Source of the DNA: a virus
Length of the DNA: 64,000 bases
Direction: 5' to 3' (one strand)
Virus record (IMG/VR): IMGVR_UViG_3300046808_001301
Below, one piece after another: positions 48,588 to 57,450 of this stretch; position 1 is the first letter of the stretch, and each line of letters opens with the position of its first letter. The notes below the pieces were generated by a model. It saw nothing but the letters and a program-made list of their open reading frames with translations. It ran no database searches and had not been told where the DNA came from. The translations under genes were made by a program, and so were the position numbers.

Positions 48588-51272
48588 ATGAAAACATACA
48601 ATTCAATGTATTTGGGCATGTGCATCAACAACAATGACCCAGAAAGAAGAGGAAGAGTTCAAATATTTATTCCCGAAATCATGCCTGCATTGTATGAAAA
48701 CTGGAATGCTGATGGAGAAGATATCGAAATTACGTGTGTTGGCGACAACATGCCTCAAGGGCTAAAGACGGAAGTTGTAGATCGTCTTAGAAAAATATTA
48801 CCTTGGGCAGAGGCAGCGTCTCCTATTGTTGGAACCTCTGCTCCAGGAAACGTCGTTTCAAGAGTAATTGAAGCTGTTTCTTCAGCAGTTTCTTCAGGGG
48901 TAGACGCTGTAGCAGGAGCAGTATCTTCTGCTTCTCAACAAGTTGGAAATTTTTTAGATCAATCTCCTTCTGGAGAGCCTCCGTGCATTGGTGACCTAAA
49001 CGCTCTCCTTGACGAAGCAGCAAAATATGCTGGAAATGATGAGTTCGGAAGAGCAGCAGCAGCTTCATACAAAGGAAACCGAGGAGGTAAGCGCTGCGGC
49101 CGCGGAACACACGGAGTGCTAGGAGCCATGACTGGAGGAAAAATTCCAGGAGGAGCTCTCGGAGGTAATGCAGATTCTTTTGCAGCAAACGGAAGCAAAG
49201 ATTTTACTAAATCTGGTTTATATAACCCAAAAACAGTTCCTCCAGCAAATTATTTAAACGATCCTTCTCAATGGAAAGTTGGAGACGTAATTGCTAATGA
49301 TGGAGGAAGTGCTGGACACGGACATATTCAAGTATGGACCGGTAAAGCGTGGGTAAGTGATTTTACTCAAAATAGAGTTCTTCAAAATTCTAACTACCAT
49401 AGCTTTGCTTTGCATAGACCAAATGCAGCTGGAGAGGCCGTTATTAACCAAAATATGGCAGGAATGCAGGGCAATTCCTCTTCTGTGTGCGAAAGACCGA
49501 GCATAAGCGGAGATTCTCCAAGTGCTCCTGCTCAAGCCAACTCTACTCCCCCAACCATGCAGAGCCCTCCAGCAACCGAAGCTACTGCTGCTGCTCCTGC
49601 TGCTCCTGCTGCAGCAGCGTCTACTCCAGGTACAGCAGCTGCCGCTGCTAGCGCTCCAGCACCAAGCGATCCCACCACTTACGGAAATGCAGCTAATCAA
49701 AAAATTGATCCTCCTCCAATCGTAACAGCCTCTCCTCCTCAAGCTTCAGGAGATGCTGGAGGTTATACTAACAATGAAATTTTATTTGCTATGAGAATTG
49801 CTGCAACGGAATCCGGAGCAGGAGTTAGCAATAGAAGCTACGTAATTAAAGAAATTTGTGAACCAAACAGAGCGGTAGGTTATTCTTATGGGGCAGAAAG
49901 AAACGCCGTAGCGGTCGGAGCTCAACGAATTGCTTCAGGCAATGTTGACTGGAATAAAGTTGATTTGGGTTTTTGCCAATCAAATGCATACAACAACAAG
50001 CAAGTTGGCAGAGAAATTAACTCAGGAAGCTATACGAATCAAATCACAGGTACTGCAGAACTAATAAGAAAGCTTTGCGGAAAGAGTAAGTATGGAGCGG
50101 AAGTGCAACAATCAATTGCAAGCGGCGACTTTAGAGCAGCTGATCAAATTTTAGGAGCCGTAGGAAAAGGAAAACCAAGTATAGGCACAAAATATTTCGG
50201 ATTAACAAAAGGAGCAGCTGCAGCAGCTTCTATGACAAAAAGAGTTAATGCTGAGTTTGGAGGAGATGCCAAAGCAGCAATGGCGGCAATTAACGAACAA
50301 TTGCCAGCAACTCCAACTATTGCTGACATATCAGCAGGCAAAGCAAATGTTAGCTTAGACGGACTACCTGCTGAAAGCAAAGGAAATTATGCTGCTGATT
50401 CAGCTAATGGAAGTGCTCAAGGCCAACAGCAAACAAGCTTGTCCCAAAACACAGACAGTCACGGGCCAATGGCAACTCAAAATTTGAATGGAGTAGCAAA
50501 AGGAATGTTCTCCTTTCCTGCTGCTGGAGCGATGTTGTGGTGCTTTTTTAGAGAAGGAAATCCTTTGTTTCCTGTATATTTTGCAGCAAGTTACTCTCAA
50601 GCTGAGTGGTCAAGTGTATACAGCACAGGATCTCCTGGACCTGGTTATAATCCTTCTCCTGCTCCAGGGGAAGCTCAATCAACTGGAGGAATGATGAATC
50701 TAAACGGAGTTGGAGGCATCCGTTGGGAGGATACACACAACCCAGAAAAAAGAGAACAAGACCAAAAAAGTATTATGTTTTTTGGAGAAGATGGATCTAA
50801 CATATTCATGGGCAAAGGATATAATCAATATTATACTCGTTTTGACAGAAGAGATCAAGTCGAAGGAGACAGATGGGTAACAACTCTTGGAACTCACGAG
50901 CAGTGGACTCAAGGAGATAATAATAACGTTACGATGGGAGACGTGTATATTAAAATAGGCAACGTTTCTTCATCTGCTGCAGAAGCTGTAGATAAAATTC
51001 ACAAAATAATACAAGAAATACAAAAGCCATTACAAGAGTCCAGTGGCGGCGGTGGAGGTGGTGGAGGAGGAGGTTCTGCTGGATCTTCTGGCTCAATTAA
51101 ACAAGATGCAACTCTTCCTCCAAAATTACAAGAACAAATTGACAAACAAAGCATATTAAATAAACTTGCTCCAGATCCAGGCAAATTCAAATACAATCCT
51201 AATGCTTCTCCGGCTCCAGTAGCTCCTGTACAGACATTTAGTCGAGCTTCTTTTATTACGCAACAAAAATAA
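48588..51272 (+). CDS. 5: gp5/VgrG-like baseplate hub with CHAP-like amidase and lysozyme-like domains
   Basis: OB-fold motifs YLG.C..NNDPERRGRVQIFIP and GMFSFP..GA.LWCFFREGNPLFPVYFA; CGRG...GHGHIQVW...WVSDF; IAATESG...LGFCQ; beta-helix repeats VEGD. Confidence 0.8.
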   Translation: MKTYNSMYLGMCINNNDPERRGRVQIFIPEIMPALYENWNADGEDIEITCVGDNMPQGLKTEVVDRLRKILPWAEAASPIVGTSAPGNVVSRVIEAVSSAVSSGVDAVAGAVSSASQQVGNFLDQSPSGEPPCIGDLNALLDEAAKYAGNDEFGRAAAASYKGNRGGKRCGRGTHGVLGAMTGGKIPGGALGGNADSFAANGSKDFTKSGLYNPKTVPPANYLNDPSQWKVGDVIANDGGSAGHGHIQVWTGKAWVSDFTQNRVLQNSNYHSFALHRPNAAGEAVINQNMAGMQGNSSSVCERPSISGDSPSAPAQANSTPPTMQSPPATEATAAAPAAPAAAASTPGTAAAAASAPAPSDPTTYGNAANQKIDPPPIVTASPPQASGDAGGYTNNEILFAMRIAATESGAGVSNRSYVIKEICEPNRAVGYSYGAERNAVAVGAQRIASGNVDWNKVDLGFCQSNAYNNKQVGREINSGSYTNQITGTAELIRKLCGKSKYGAEVQQSIASGDFRAADQILGAVGKGKPSIGTKYFGLTKGAAAAASMTKRVNAEFGGDAKAAMAAINEQLPATPTIADISAGKANVSLDGLPAESKGNYAADSANGSAQGQQQTSLSQNTDSHGPMATQNLNGVAKGMFSFPAAGAMLWCFFREGNPLFPVYFAASYSQAEWSSVYSTGSPGPGYNPSPAPGEAQSTGGMMNLNGVGGIRWEDTHNPEKREQDQKSIMFFGEDGSNIFMGKGYNQYYTRFDRRDQVEGDRWVTTLGTHEQWTQGDNNNVTMGDVYIKIGNVSSSAAEAVDKIHKIIQEIQKPLQESSGGGGGGGGGGSAGSSGSIKQDATLPPKLQEQIDKQSILNKLAPDPGKFKYNPNASPAPVAPVQTFSRASFITQQK

Positions 51273-51326
51273 AAGTTTTATAATTACAATTGTAATTTTA
51301 ACTCAGTTATAGTAATTACTACAAGC

Positions 51327-52790
51327 ATGTCAAAGCAAAGAGAAGTCAAGTGTCCGTTTTGTACAGGAGAATTTTTAGCTAAAGCGGAAGGAAAGGCTAT
51401 ACAATCCATAGCCGGATTTTTGCAACGGTCTTTTAATATCCGTATTCCTTCTCCGTTAGTTAGTTTTTTGCAACAGCAATCTCCAATTGGCAAAAAAAGC
51501 CTTTTTAAAGGCAAATGCGCAGCATGTGGAGGCAAAGGTTCTGTAAAGGATCCTTCAGACGACACATCCAAATACGAACAAGTTAAATCAATTGCTCAGG
51601 GTAAAATAAAAGAATTGTTAGATTTGGAAAACGTTTTAGCTCCAGCTTGCGGCAATAGATACACAATAATACAAGGCAACGACTTGTTGGAAGTAGGACT
51701 TGGAATGAACAAGTCTCCTTCTTATAGAATTGATAAAGGCAAGAGTATCAGAAATAAAGGGCTGATTGACCCATCCAAAATTAATACCGACAAGGGAGGC
51801 CCACAAATTCCAGAAGGATCTCCTTGCAATCACGTACAAGGGTTGAATCCCATGGCCACTCCTGGAGGATCTTATACTATTAAATGTTCCAACAAATTTA
51901 CGTTGGTTACAGGAGCTCAAGGCATTGATCTAACAACAGGAGGACCATTGACAATAAGTGGAGGAATTACAAGAATGGTAGGACCAGAAATAACAATTGG
52001 AACTTCGTCTGGTCGACTAACTTTAGAAGGAGAGGTAGTTAACATTAACGGCAAAAGTGTTGAAATTGCTCCCACAGACGGACATTTGTTCGTTAAAGGA
52101 ACAATGAGCACCACTGGAAATGTGATGGTTGGAGGACATTGCCACGCTGAAAGTATTTCTTTAACAAAACTTGAGTGCACTGGTCGAAACGACATGACAA
52201 AACCAGCTTCTCCAAGTGATCTCCATACTGGCCCAGCTTTCTGGGGTGGAATGAATGGGGAAGGAATTAAAGCTGTAGTTAAAGACATGCTGGGATATAC
52301 AACGAGTAAAGCAACGAACCCGGTTGAAGCTCAACAAATGGTATCTCAAAAACATATGGACGGGTTAAAAGATAAAGTTTTAAACCTCGCTTATCAAATG
52401 AGACCATGGGAACAAAAAGCCACGGGTTACATTTTACCTGGCACAAGAATGCAAATGCAGGGCACTACTCCTTGCAATTATGGTGGAGTTGCTGCTGGTT
52501 CTTTAAATGTCGTTTGTACGTATCCAATTGAGTTAAATAATTTTCCTCACTCTCACGCCCTTCCGGATCTTTCCCATTGTCATGAAGTAAGAGTTCCAAA
52601 TTTTGACTTCTCAGCTGATTCATGTGAAGAGGTAAGAGGCAAACAATCAGGAATTTCTCAAGGAGCTCCTTTACATAAAACAGCAGCTGCTAGTACAGGA
52701 GGAATTACTTCTTTATTTGCTCCTATAGCTACTGTGTTTGTCAGTATATGGAAGGGAATTCAAGGAAAACAAGGTCCTTTTCAGAAATAA
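51327..52790 (+). CDS. Baseplate spike-like beta-helix protein with N-terminal zinc finger
   Basis: CPFC...CAACGGKG, then G.Y.I..SNKF.L..GA.GI.L.T.G...I.GG beta repeats and a C-terminal HSH. Confidence 0.6.
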   Translation: MSKQREVKCPFCTGEFLAKAEGKAIQSIAGFLQRSFNIRIPSPLVSFLQQQSPIGKKSLFKGKCAACGGKGSVKDPSDDTSKYEQVKSIAQGKIKELLDLENVLAPACGNRYTIIQGNDLLEVGLGMNKSPSYRIDKGKSIRNKGLIDPSKINTDKGGPQIPEGSPCNHVQGLNPMATPGGSYTIKCSNKFTLVTGAQGIDLTTGGPLTISGGITRMVGPEITIGTSSGRLTLEGEVVNINGKSVEIAPTDGHLFVKGTMSTTGNVMVGGHCHAESISLTKLECTGRNDMTKPASPSDLHTGPAFWGGMNGEGIKAVVKDMLGYTTSKATNPVEAQQMVSQKHMDGLKDKVLNLAYQMRPWEQKATGYILPGTRMQMQGTTPCNYGGVAAGSLNVVCTYPIELNNFPHSHALPDLSHCHEVRVPNFDFSADSCEEVRGKQSGISQGAPLHKTAAASTGGITSLFAPIATVFVSIWKGIQGKQGPFQK

Positions 52791-53285
52791 TCAATACATT
52801 TTTGTGTATTGAGTCAGTATCTTCTTAGCAACCAAGATAGGGTCTTCTTCGATCATTTGTATTGGAATATGGTTTACCATATCAACAAACTGTAGATGTC
52901 TTGCTGTTTGCTGTTTGTCAATAACGAAACTGTCTCCTGATGGCATAGCAAATGCACTGTATACTTCTTGTGCTCTGCCAGCCGTTAATGCCTGAACTTG
53001 CAAGTCAAATAAATCTCCGTATTTGTCTGCAATTGCGCTTATTTCACAACTTATAGAAGAAAGGCAAAAATTGATAGGATCTGGAATATCACTTAATGAT
53101 ATTGTTTGTGTATTTGGTTCCAAATACTCATATCTCAATCTGTCATAAGGATGAGCTGGTACACTAGAGAGAGCGTGATCTAATTCTAAACACAAAAGAT
53201 CAGTAGCAGATAACAATTGAGATATAGTATGTTCTACTAAAGCGAGGTCCCCAGCTACAAAATCATGCAAAGTATTGTTACTCAT
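52791..53285 (-). CDS. Hypothetical protein
   Basis: ORF in the PhoH minus-strand operon. Confidence 0.6.
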   Translation of the reverse strand: MSNNTLHDFVAGDLALVEHTISQLLSATDLLCLELDHALSSVPAHPYDRLRYEYLEPNTQTISLSDIPDPINFCLSSISCEISAIADKYGDLFDLQVQALTAGRAQEVYSAFAMPSGDSFVIDKQQTARHLQFVDMVNHIPIQMIEEDPILVAKKILTQYTKMY

Positions 53286-53315
53286 CTATATTATTTTAAT
53301 ATAGAAAAATAATTT

Positions 53316-53807
53316 TTAAACTAATACTTCTCCAAGAAACATTTCCCATTGCTCATGATGAGCAGCTATGTCTTTTTGATCAAATGTGTTGTATACAGTT
53401 TTAGATAATTGTCTGTAAAAATCAGGCCTCGGAGCCCCGTGATACTTCCAACGTTTTTCTAAAGCTTGAGGATAAAATGATAAAGATATCAAGCACTTGC
53501 TTGCAAATAAAAGGCCTTGATCTGAAAGTAAAGAAGGAATTAACTCTCTTGTTTTATCATGATATTGATAAATTGTAATAGCAACTCTATTACATTCGTC
53601 TTCTGAATCAGCAAATTTAGCAGTCAAGCATATCATAAACAACGCATCTATAGCATTAGAAACAATTATTTTAGAAGAGTCTGTAATTAGCTTAGCTCCA
53701 ATTGCTTGCTTTATAGAAGGCCTCGACTCTAAGTCTGTCTCATACAGAGCTTTAAGCGCTTCTGAATTTTTCAAATCATAAAGTTGGTCTACGAGACTTC
53801 TAGGCAC
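53316..53807 (-). CDS. Hypothetical protein
   Basis: ORF downstream of phoH. Confidence 0.6.
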   Translation of the reverse strand: MPRSLVDQLYDLKNSEALKALYETDLESRPSIKQAIGAKLITDSSKIIVSNAIDALFMICLTAKFADSEDECNRVAITIYQYHDKTRELIPSLLSDQGLLFASKCLISLSFYPQALEKRWKYHGAPRPDFYRQLSKTVYNTFDQKDIAAHHEQWEMFLGEVLV

Positions 53808-53812
53808 GCATA

Positions 53813-54589
53813 TTACTTAACTTTTGCTGCGTTGTAATTTTCAACTTGCTCGACAATAAATTTAAGAATTTCGGACCGCATGATGTCTTCTTTTCCGAAT
53901 TCAACACAATAAATTCCTTGCTGTTGAGCTTCTTCTGTATTAAAAATATCAAACATTGGTTTAAATCCTGATTGCTCTTTGTGTTTTAAATCAGTTTGCA
54001 TAGGATCTCCGAGAACGATGTATTTTGTGAATTTACCAATACGAGTCAAGCATGTTAAAATTTCTTGAAAGTTCGCATTTTGAAACTCATCTAATATAAC
54101 AACTTTTGCATTATAAGAAGCTCCTCTCAAATAATTTACAGGCATGCCTTTTACTCTTTCGTCAGCAAACAACCTTTTTATGTCCCCTGCTGGAAGTAGT
54201 TCCTCGAGCTTATCGTTAAGCACGGAAACGAAATAGTGCAGTTTGTCTGACATATCCCCAGGCAATGTACCCATTGAATGAGCAGCGCTTTCCACAATTG
54301 TTCTAATGTAGATTAAATCGCTTACTTTTTTTTGATTCAATAGCTGTAAAGCGCAATAAACCGCTAAAATGCTCTTGCTTGTTCCTGAAGGACCGGAAAG
54401 AAAGACAATTTTGGTGTCTTTGTTTAAAACTAATTCGATAAAAGCTTTTTGTTTTTCTGTCCAATCAAGGCCTCTTATGTTTAAATTAAAATTTATTTTT
54501 TCCTTTTGATGAACTCTTGGGGACGTGTCCTTAGTCTCCGTTGCAATTGTTGGTTTTTTTTGTGTAACGGATTTTTTAGTTTTTTTCAT
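53813..54589 (-). CDS. phoH: PhoH-family ATPase
   Basis: GPSGTSKS, LPGD..DK, YLRG.S, DEFQN, TRIG, GDPMQTD and DIMRS motifs. Confidence 0.93.
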   Translation of the reverse strand: MKKTKKSVTQKKPTIATETKDTSPRVHQKEKINFNLNIRGLDWTEKQKAFIELVLNKDTKIVFLSGPSGTSKSILAVYCALQLLNQKKVSDLIYIRTIVESAAHSMGTLPGDMSDKLHYFVSVLNDKLEELLPAGDIKRLFADERVKGMPVNYLRGASYNAKVVILDEFQNANFQEILTCLTRIGKFTKYIVLGDPMQTDLKHKEQSGFKPMFDIFNTEEAQQQGIYCVEFGKEDIMRSEILKFIVEQVENYNAAKVK

Positions 54590-54638
54590 ATTAAGATGCC
54601 CAGCTGTAACTATTTATCTAATACAATAAATAGTATAC

Positions 54639-54884
54639 ATGAGATTGCCTTTTAATTTGGAAGACCCTAAAATAGATGATCACGCTCGAGTAAAGTTCTC
54701 ATTTACATCTCCGCAGCTGCATCAAAATATAGAAGTGTCTTTAGACGGAGATGAAACGACCGTTGAAACGCTTTTAGACGCCTTCCAACGCTTTTTGGGA
54801 GCATTAGGAGTATCAACACCAGATAACGTTATTTTAAGCTTTGTTGAAATTGAGGAAGAAGACGATAAAGACGACGAAGATTAA
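54639..54884 (+). CDS. Hypothetical acidic protein
   Basis: TAAATA 6 nt upstream. Confidence 0.6.
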   Translation: MRLPFNLEDPKIDDHARVKFSFTSPQLHQNIEVSLDGDETTVETLLDAFQRFLGALGVSTPDNVILSFVEIEEEDDKDDED

Positions 54885-54895
54885 TACATACTTTT

Positions 54896-56455
54896 ATGGG
54901 ACAAGATTATAATCTCATTGCAGCGTACAAAAATTGGGTTTTATCTAAACAACCTTTTAACTCAAATTTTAAAACGCTTTCTGATTGTTATGAGGAAACA
55001 AAAATTCCTTTACATGAAGGCATGCTCGGGTACGCAGAGTTTCAAAAACCCCAAACAGCTAAAAGGCCTGATCGTAAAGAGTTGTTCCTTCAAAAATACA
55101 AAAATGGAACCGCATTCGATGTCAAAGTCAAAAATCAAACTAAAAAAGTAGTTTTTGTAGTAGATCCAAACGTAATAAAAGCAATTGAATCGTTGCCGGT
55201 TGGGTTTCTCACTACAGCTGATCCTAATTATAAAAAGGCTAAAAAAAACTATGATACTATAAGATTGACTGATAAATCAAAGGCAGAATATTCTCTAAAC
55301 AATCTTATAAAAACTCCAGAATTTGCAGGGCAAGGATCTGGAGGAGGCGGAACCAATACTAGAATTAATGAAGCCTCGGTATGTTTGTGGGCAGCTGTTT
55401 ATCAATTTAAACGAAATGCCTCTCCTCAAACCGTGACAAAGTTTGCCAATCATTCTTCTGTTACACAACATTGCAAAGTAGATATAGATATACCTACTCT
55501 TATAAACCAAACAGATAAAAATTGGCTCGTTCACTACGAAAGTACAGCTAAATATTTAGTTGAAAACATATTACCTAATTCTCAAAGCGAATATACATTT
55601 CATAGAAATTCAGAATTTGTGAAACAATCAATTTATGGAAAGTTTTCTCAGCTTTCTAAAATGACCGGAGGATTTAATGATTCAAACAAATGGAATCCTG
55701 CAGACATTTGGGCAATATCTGCTGACTACGGAGAAAGCAAATTTAACGCTGATATTCAAAACATACAAACACTGCAGAGCTACAATGCTCTATTAGTCAA
55801 ACTGTACAAGACTAAACAGCTTATTGGAATATCGTTAAAAAAGACAGCAGGCGGCCTCGTTTCTGCAAAAGAATTTAATTTGTCTGGCTCAAAACAATTT
55901 ACCGCAACTGTTGATAAAGTTACAGCCAGCGGCAAAACTAAAGGAATTCTTGCTAAAGACGTGTATGTAACAGGACAGTTAATAGAACAAAAAAATTCTA
56001 CTCCGTATACTTTGCAGTTTCGCTCTTTTACTGCATGGAGAGATTTTCAAGGAGAAATAAAAGGAACCAACGCAAATGGAGGAAAAGTTGCTCGTAGTGC
56101 AATTAATCGCATTTTAGAAAAATATAAATTAGAATTGCTACCGGATTATGCTACAGTACTTAGCTTTATTGAAAAAAATCCAAACAAATGTTTAAAAAAC
56201 ATTTACGATATGGTCAAGTCTTTAAACATACATCAAAATTTAATTAGCTGGAACACTTTTGCGAACGAATATGAAGTATCCAAGCGCAACAAAAGTATCA
56301 GCGAAGATTTTTTGTTTAGTAAATATTTTGGAGCCAAATTACTAACAATTTTAACACAAACAACGGATTCCATTAAAAATTCTATTATAACAGATATGTT
56401 TAAATATGCATATTCTAGTTCTGATGACAGCGGACCATTTGTTAAATTGTTTTAA
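54896..56455 (+). CDS. Putative PD-(D/E)xK restriction-endonuclease-like protein
   Basis: T..NEA.V, KWNPADIWA and LIGISLKK arrangement. Confidence 0.55.
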   Translation: MGQDYNLIAAYKNWVLSKQPFNSNFKTLSDCYEETKIPLHEGMLGYAEFQKPQTAKRPDRKELFLQKYKNGTAFDVKVKNQTKKVVFVVDPNVIKAIESLPVGFLTTADPNYKKAKKNYDTIRLTDKSKAEYSLNNLIKTPEFAGQGSGGGGTNTRINEASVCLWAAVYQFKRNASPQTVTKFANHSSVTQHCKVDIDIPTLINQTDKNWLVHYESTAKYLVENILPNSQSEYTFHRNSEFVKQSIYGKFSQLSKMTGGFNDSNKWNPADIWAISADYGESKFNADIQNIQTLQSYNALLVKLYKTKQLIGISLKKTAGGLVSAKEFNLSGSKQFTATVDKVTASGKTKGILAKDVYVTGQLIEQKNSTPYTLQFRSFTAWRDFQGEIKGTNANGGKVARSAINRILEKYKLELLPDYATVLSFIEKNPNKCLKNIYDMVKSLNIHQNLISWNTFANEYEVSKRNKSISEDFLFSKYFGAKLLTILTQTTDSIKNSIITDMFKYAYSSSDDSGPFVKLF

Positions 56456-56472
56456 ATAAATAATATATTATC

Positions 56473-56751
56473 ATGAATAGAAAATACATCAAAAATGTTT
56501 TAAATGAAGGTTATGCTTTTGGAAAGCTTTTTAAATCTTCAGTCAATATTTCTACTCACGATATTTTAAATGTTTGTAAAGATTTGGGAGCAAAACCAAT
56601 AAAGGATTTTAAAGAACTTACAAGCCTAGTTAACAACGAATATAGTGAAATGGACATCAAAAACGGACTGCCGTCCATTCGAGAAGTATTAATAGGCTTA
56701 CATAAAGCTGTACCTGGCGGTCTTTTTGAAGTCAAACAACAAGAAAGTTGA
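56473..56751 (+). CDS. Small protein, probable virion protein
   Basis: TAAATA upstream; begins MNRKYIKNVLNE. Confidence 0.55.
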   Translation: MNRKYIKNVLNEGYAFGKLFKSSVNISTHDILNVCKDLGAKPIKDFKELTSLVNNEYSEMDIKNGLPSIREVLIGLHKAVPGGLFEVKQQES

Positions 56752-56775
56752 CTTTTGTTCTCAAAACAGTAGAAT
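56748..56775 (+). promoter_or_regulatory. Promoter TTGACT-N16-TAGAAT
   Basis: GTG 56782 is 6 nt after the -10 box. Confidence 0.7.
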
Positions 56776-56781
56776 AAGTTT

Positions 56782-57309
56782 GTGAACATTTTTTGCACAA
56801 ACGACGATCCAATTATTTCAGCTCAAGAGCTTTGTGATCAGCATTGTAGATCTAAAATGCAAATTGAATCGGCTATTTTGTTGCAACATTGCTTCTCTAA
56901 TAAAACACTAAATTTAGCTCCTCCAACCAAAAAAGGAACTCCTCGTAAATCAGGTAAAGGTTATTACAACCACCCTTGTTCAGTTTGGGTCAGAGAGTCA
57001 AAAGCTAATTTTGAATGGCTTTGCGAACACGCATTAGAAATGTTTAATGAACGAGATTATCGTTGGCCTTCCTCATCTGAACATTTTACAAAAACTTTTA
57101 TTCAATGGTGTAAAGACAACCTTGATAAAGCAGAACATTGCAAAGGGACAAAGCTGACTCCGTTTGCTGTAGCTATTAATCCCGAATCTAAATGCAAGCA
57201 AGTTAAAGACTTTGAACAGCTTCCAACTGTAGACAAATACAAACAGTATATTCGGTTAGACAAAGACTTTGCAAGCTGGACAACTCGCTCTAAGCCTTCT
57301 TGGTATTAG
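56782..57309 (+). CDS. denV: Pyrimidine-dimer DNA glycosylase (DenV/endonuclease V family)
   Basis: MNIF...DP..SA..LCDQH..KM.IE, NHPC..WVRES..NFEWL and W..R..P.W motifs. Confidence 0.8.
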   Translation: MNIFCTNDDPIISAQELCDQHCRSKMQIESAILLQHCFSNKTLNLAPPTKKGTPRKSGKGYYNHPCSVWVRESKANFEWLCEHALEMFNERDYRWPSSSEHFTKTFIQWCKDNLDKAEHCKGTKLTPFAVAINPESKCKQVKDFEQLPTVDKYKQYIRLDKDFASWTTRSKPSWY

Positions 57310-57427
57310 ATTTTTTCTTAATACAATTAGGAACGGTTTTCTTTCCTTTCTTTTTCATTCCCTTTTGTTCGTAACCCTTCCAGCACTTTTCCATTAACAC
57401 GATATTAACCAATTCATTAAACTTCAT
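57290..57427 (-). CDS. 45-aa basic CWKGY...VPNC microprotein (not in ORF track)
   Basis: MKFNELVNIVLMEKCWKGYEQKGMKKKGKKTVPNCIKKKSNTKKA; minus-strand TAAATA 5 nt upstream. Confidence 0.75.
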   Translation of the reverse strand: MKFNELVNIVLMEKCWKGYEQKGMKKKGKKTVPNCIKKKSNTKKA

Positions 57428-57432
57428 GTTGG

Positions 57433-57445
57433 TATTTAATAAATA
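57433..57445. promoter_or_regulatory. Back-to-back bidirectional late promoter TATTTA-A-TAAATA
   Basis: Inverted TAAATA pair, each 5 nt from a divergent ATG (57427 minus, 57451 plus). Confidence 0.7.
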
Positions 57446-57450
57446 ACCTT

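Noticed and set aside
48823-52355. Numerous antisense ORFs of 60-160 aa over baseplate genes
   Set aside because: Shadow ORFs of Ala/Gly-rich coding sequence with no promoter or motif support.
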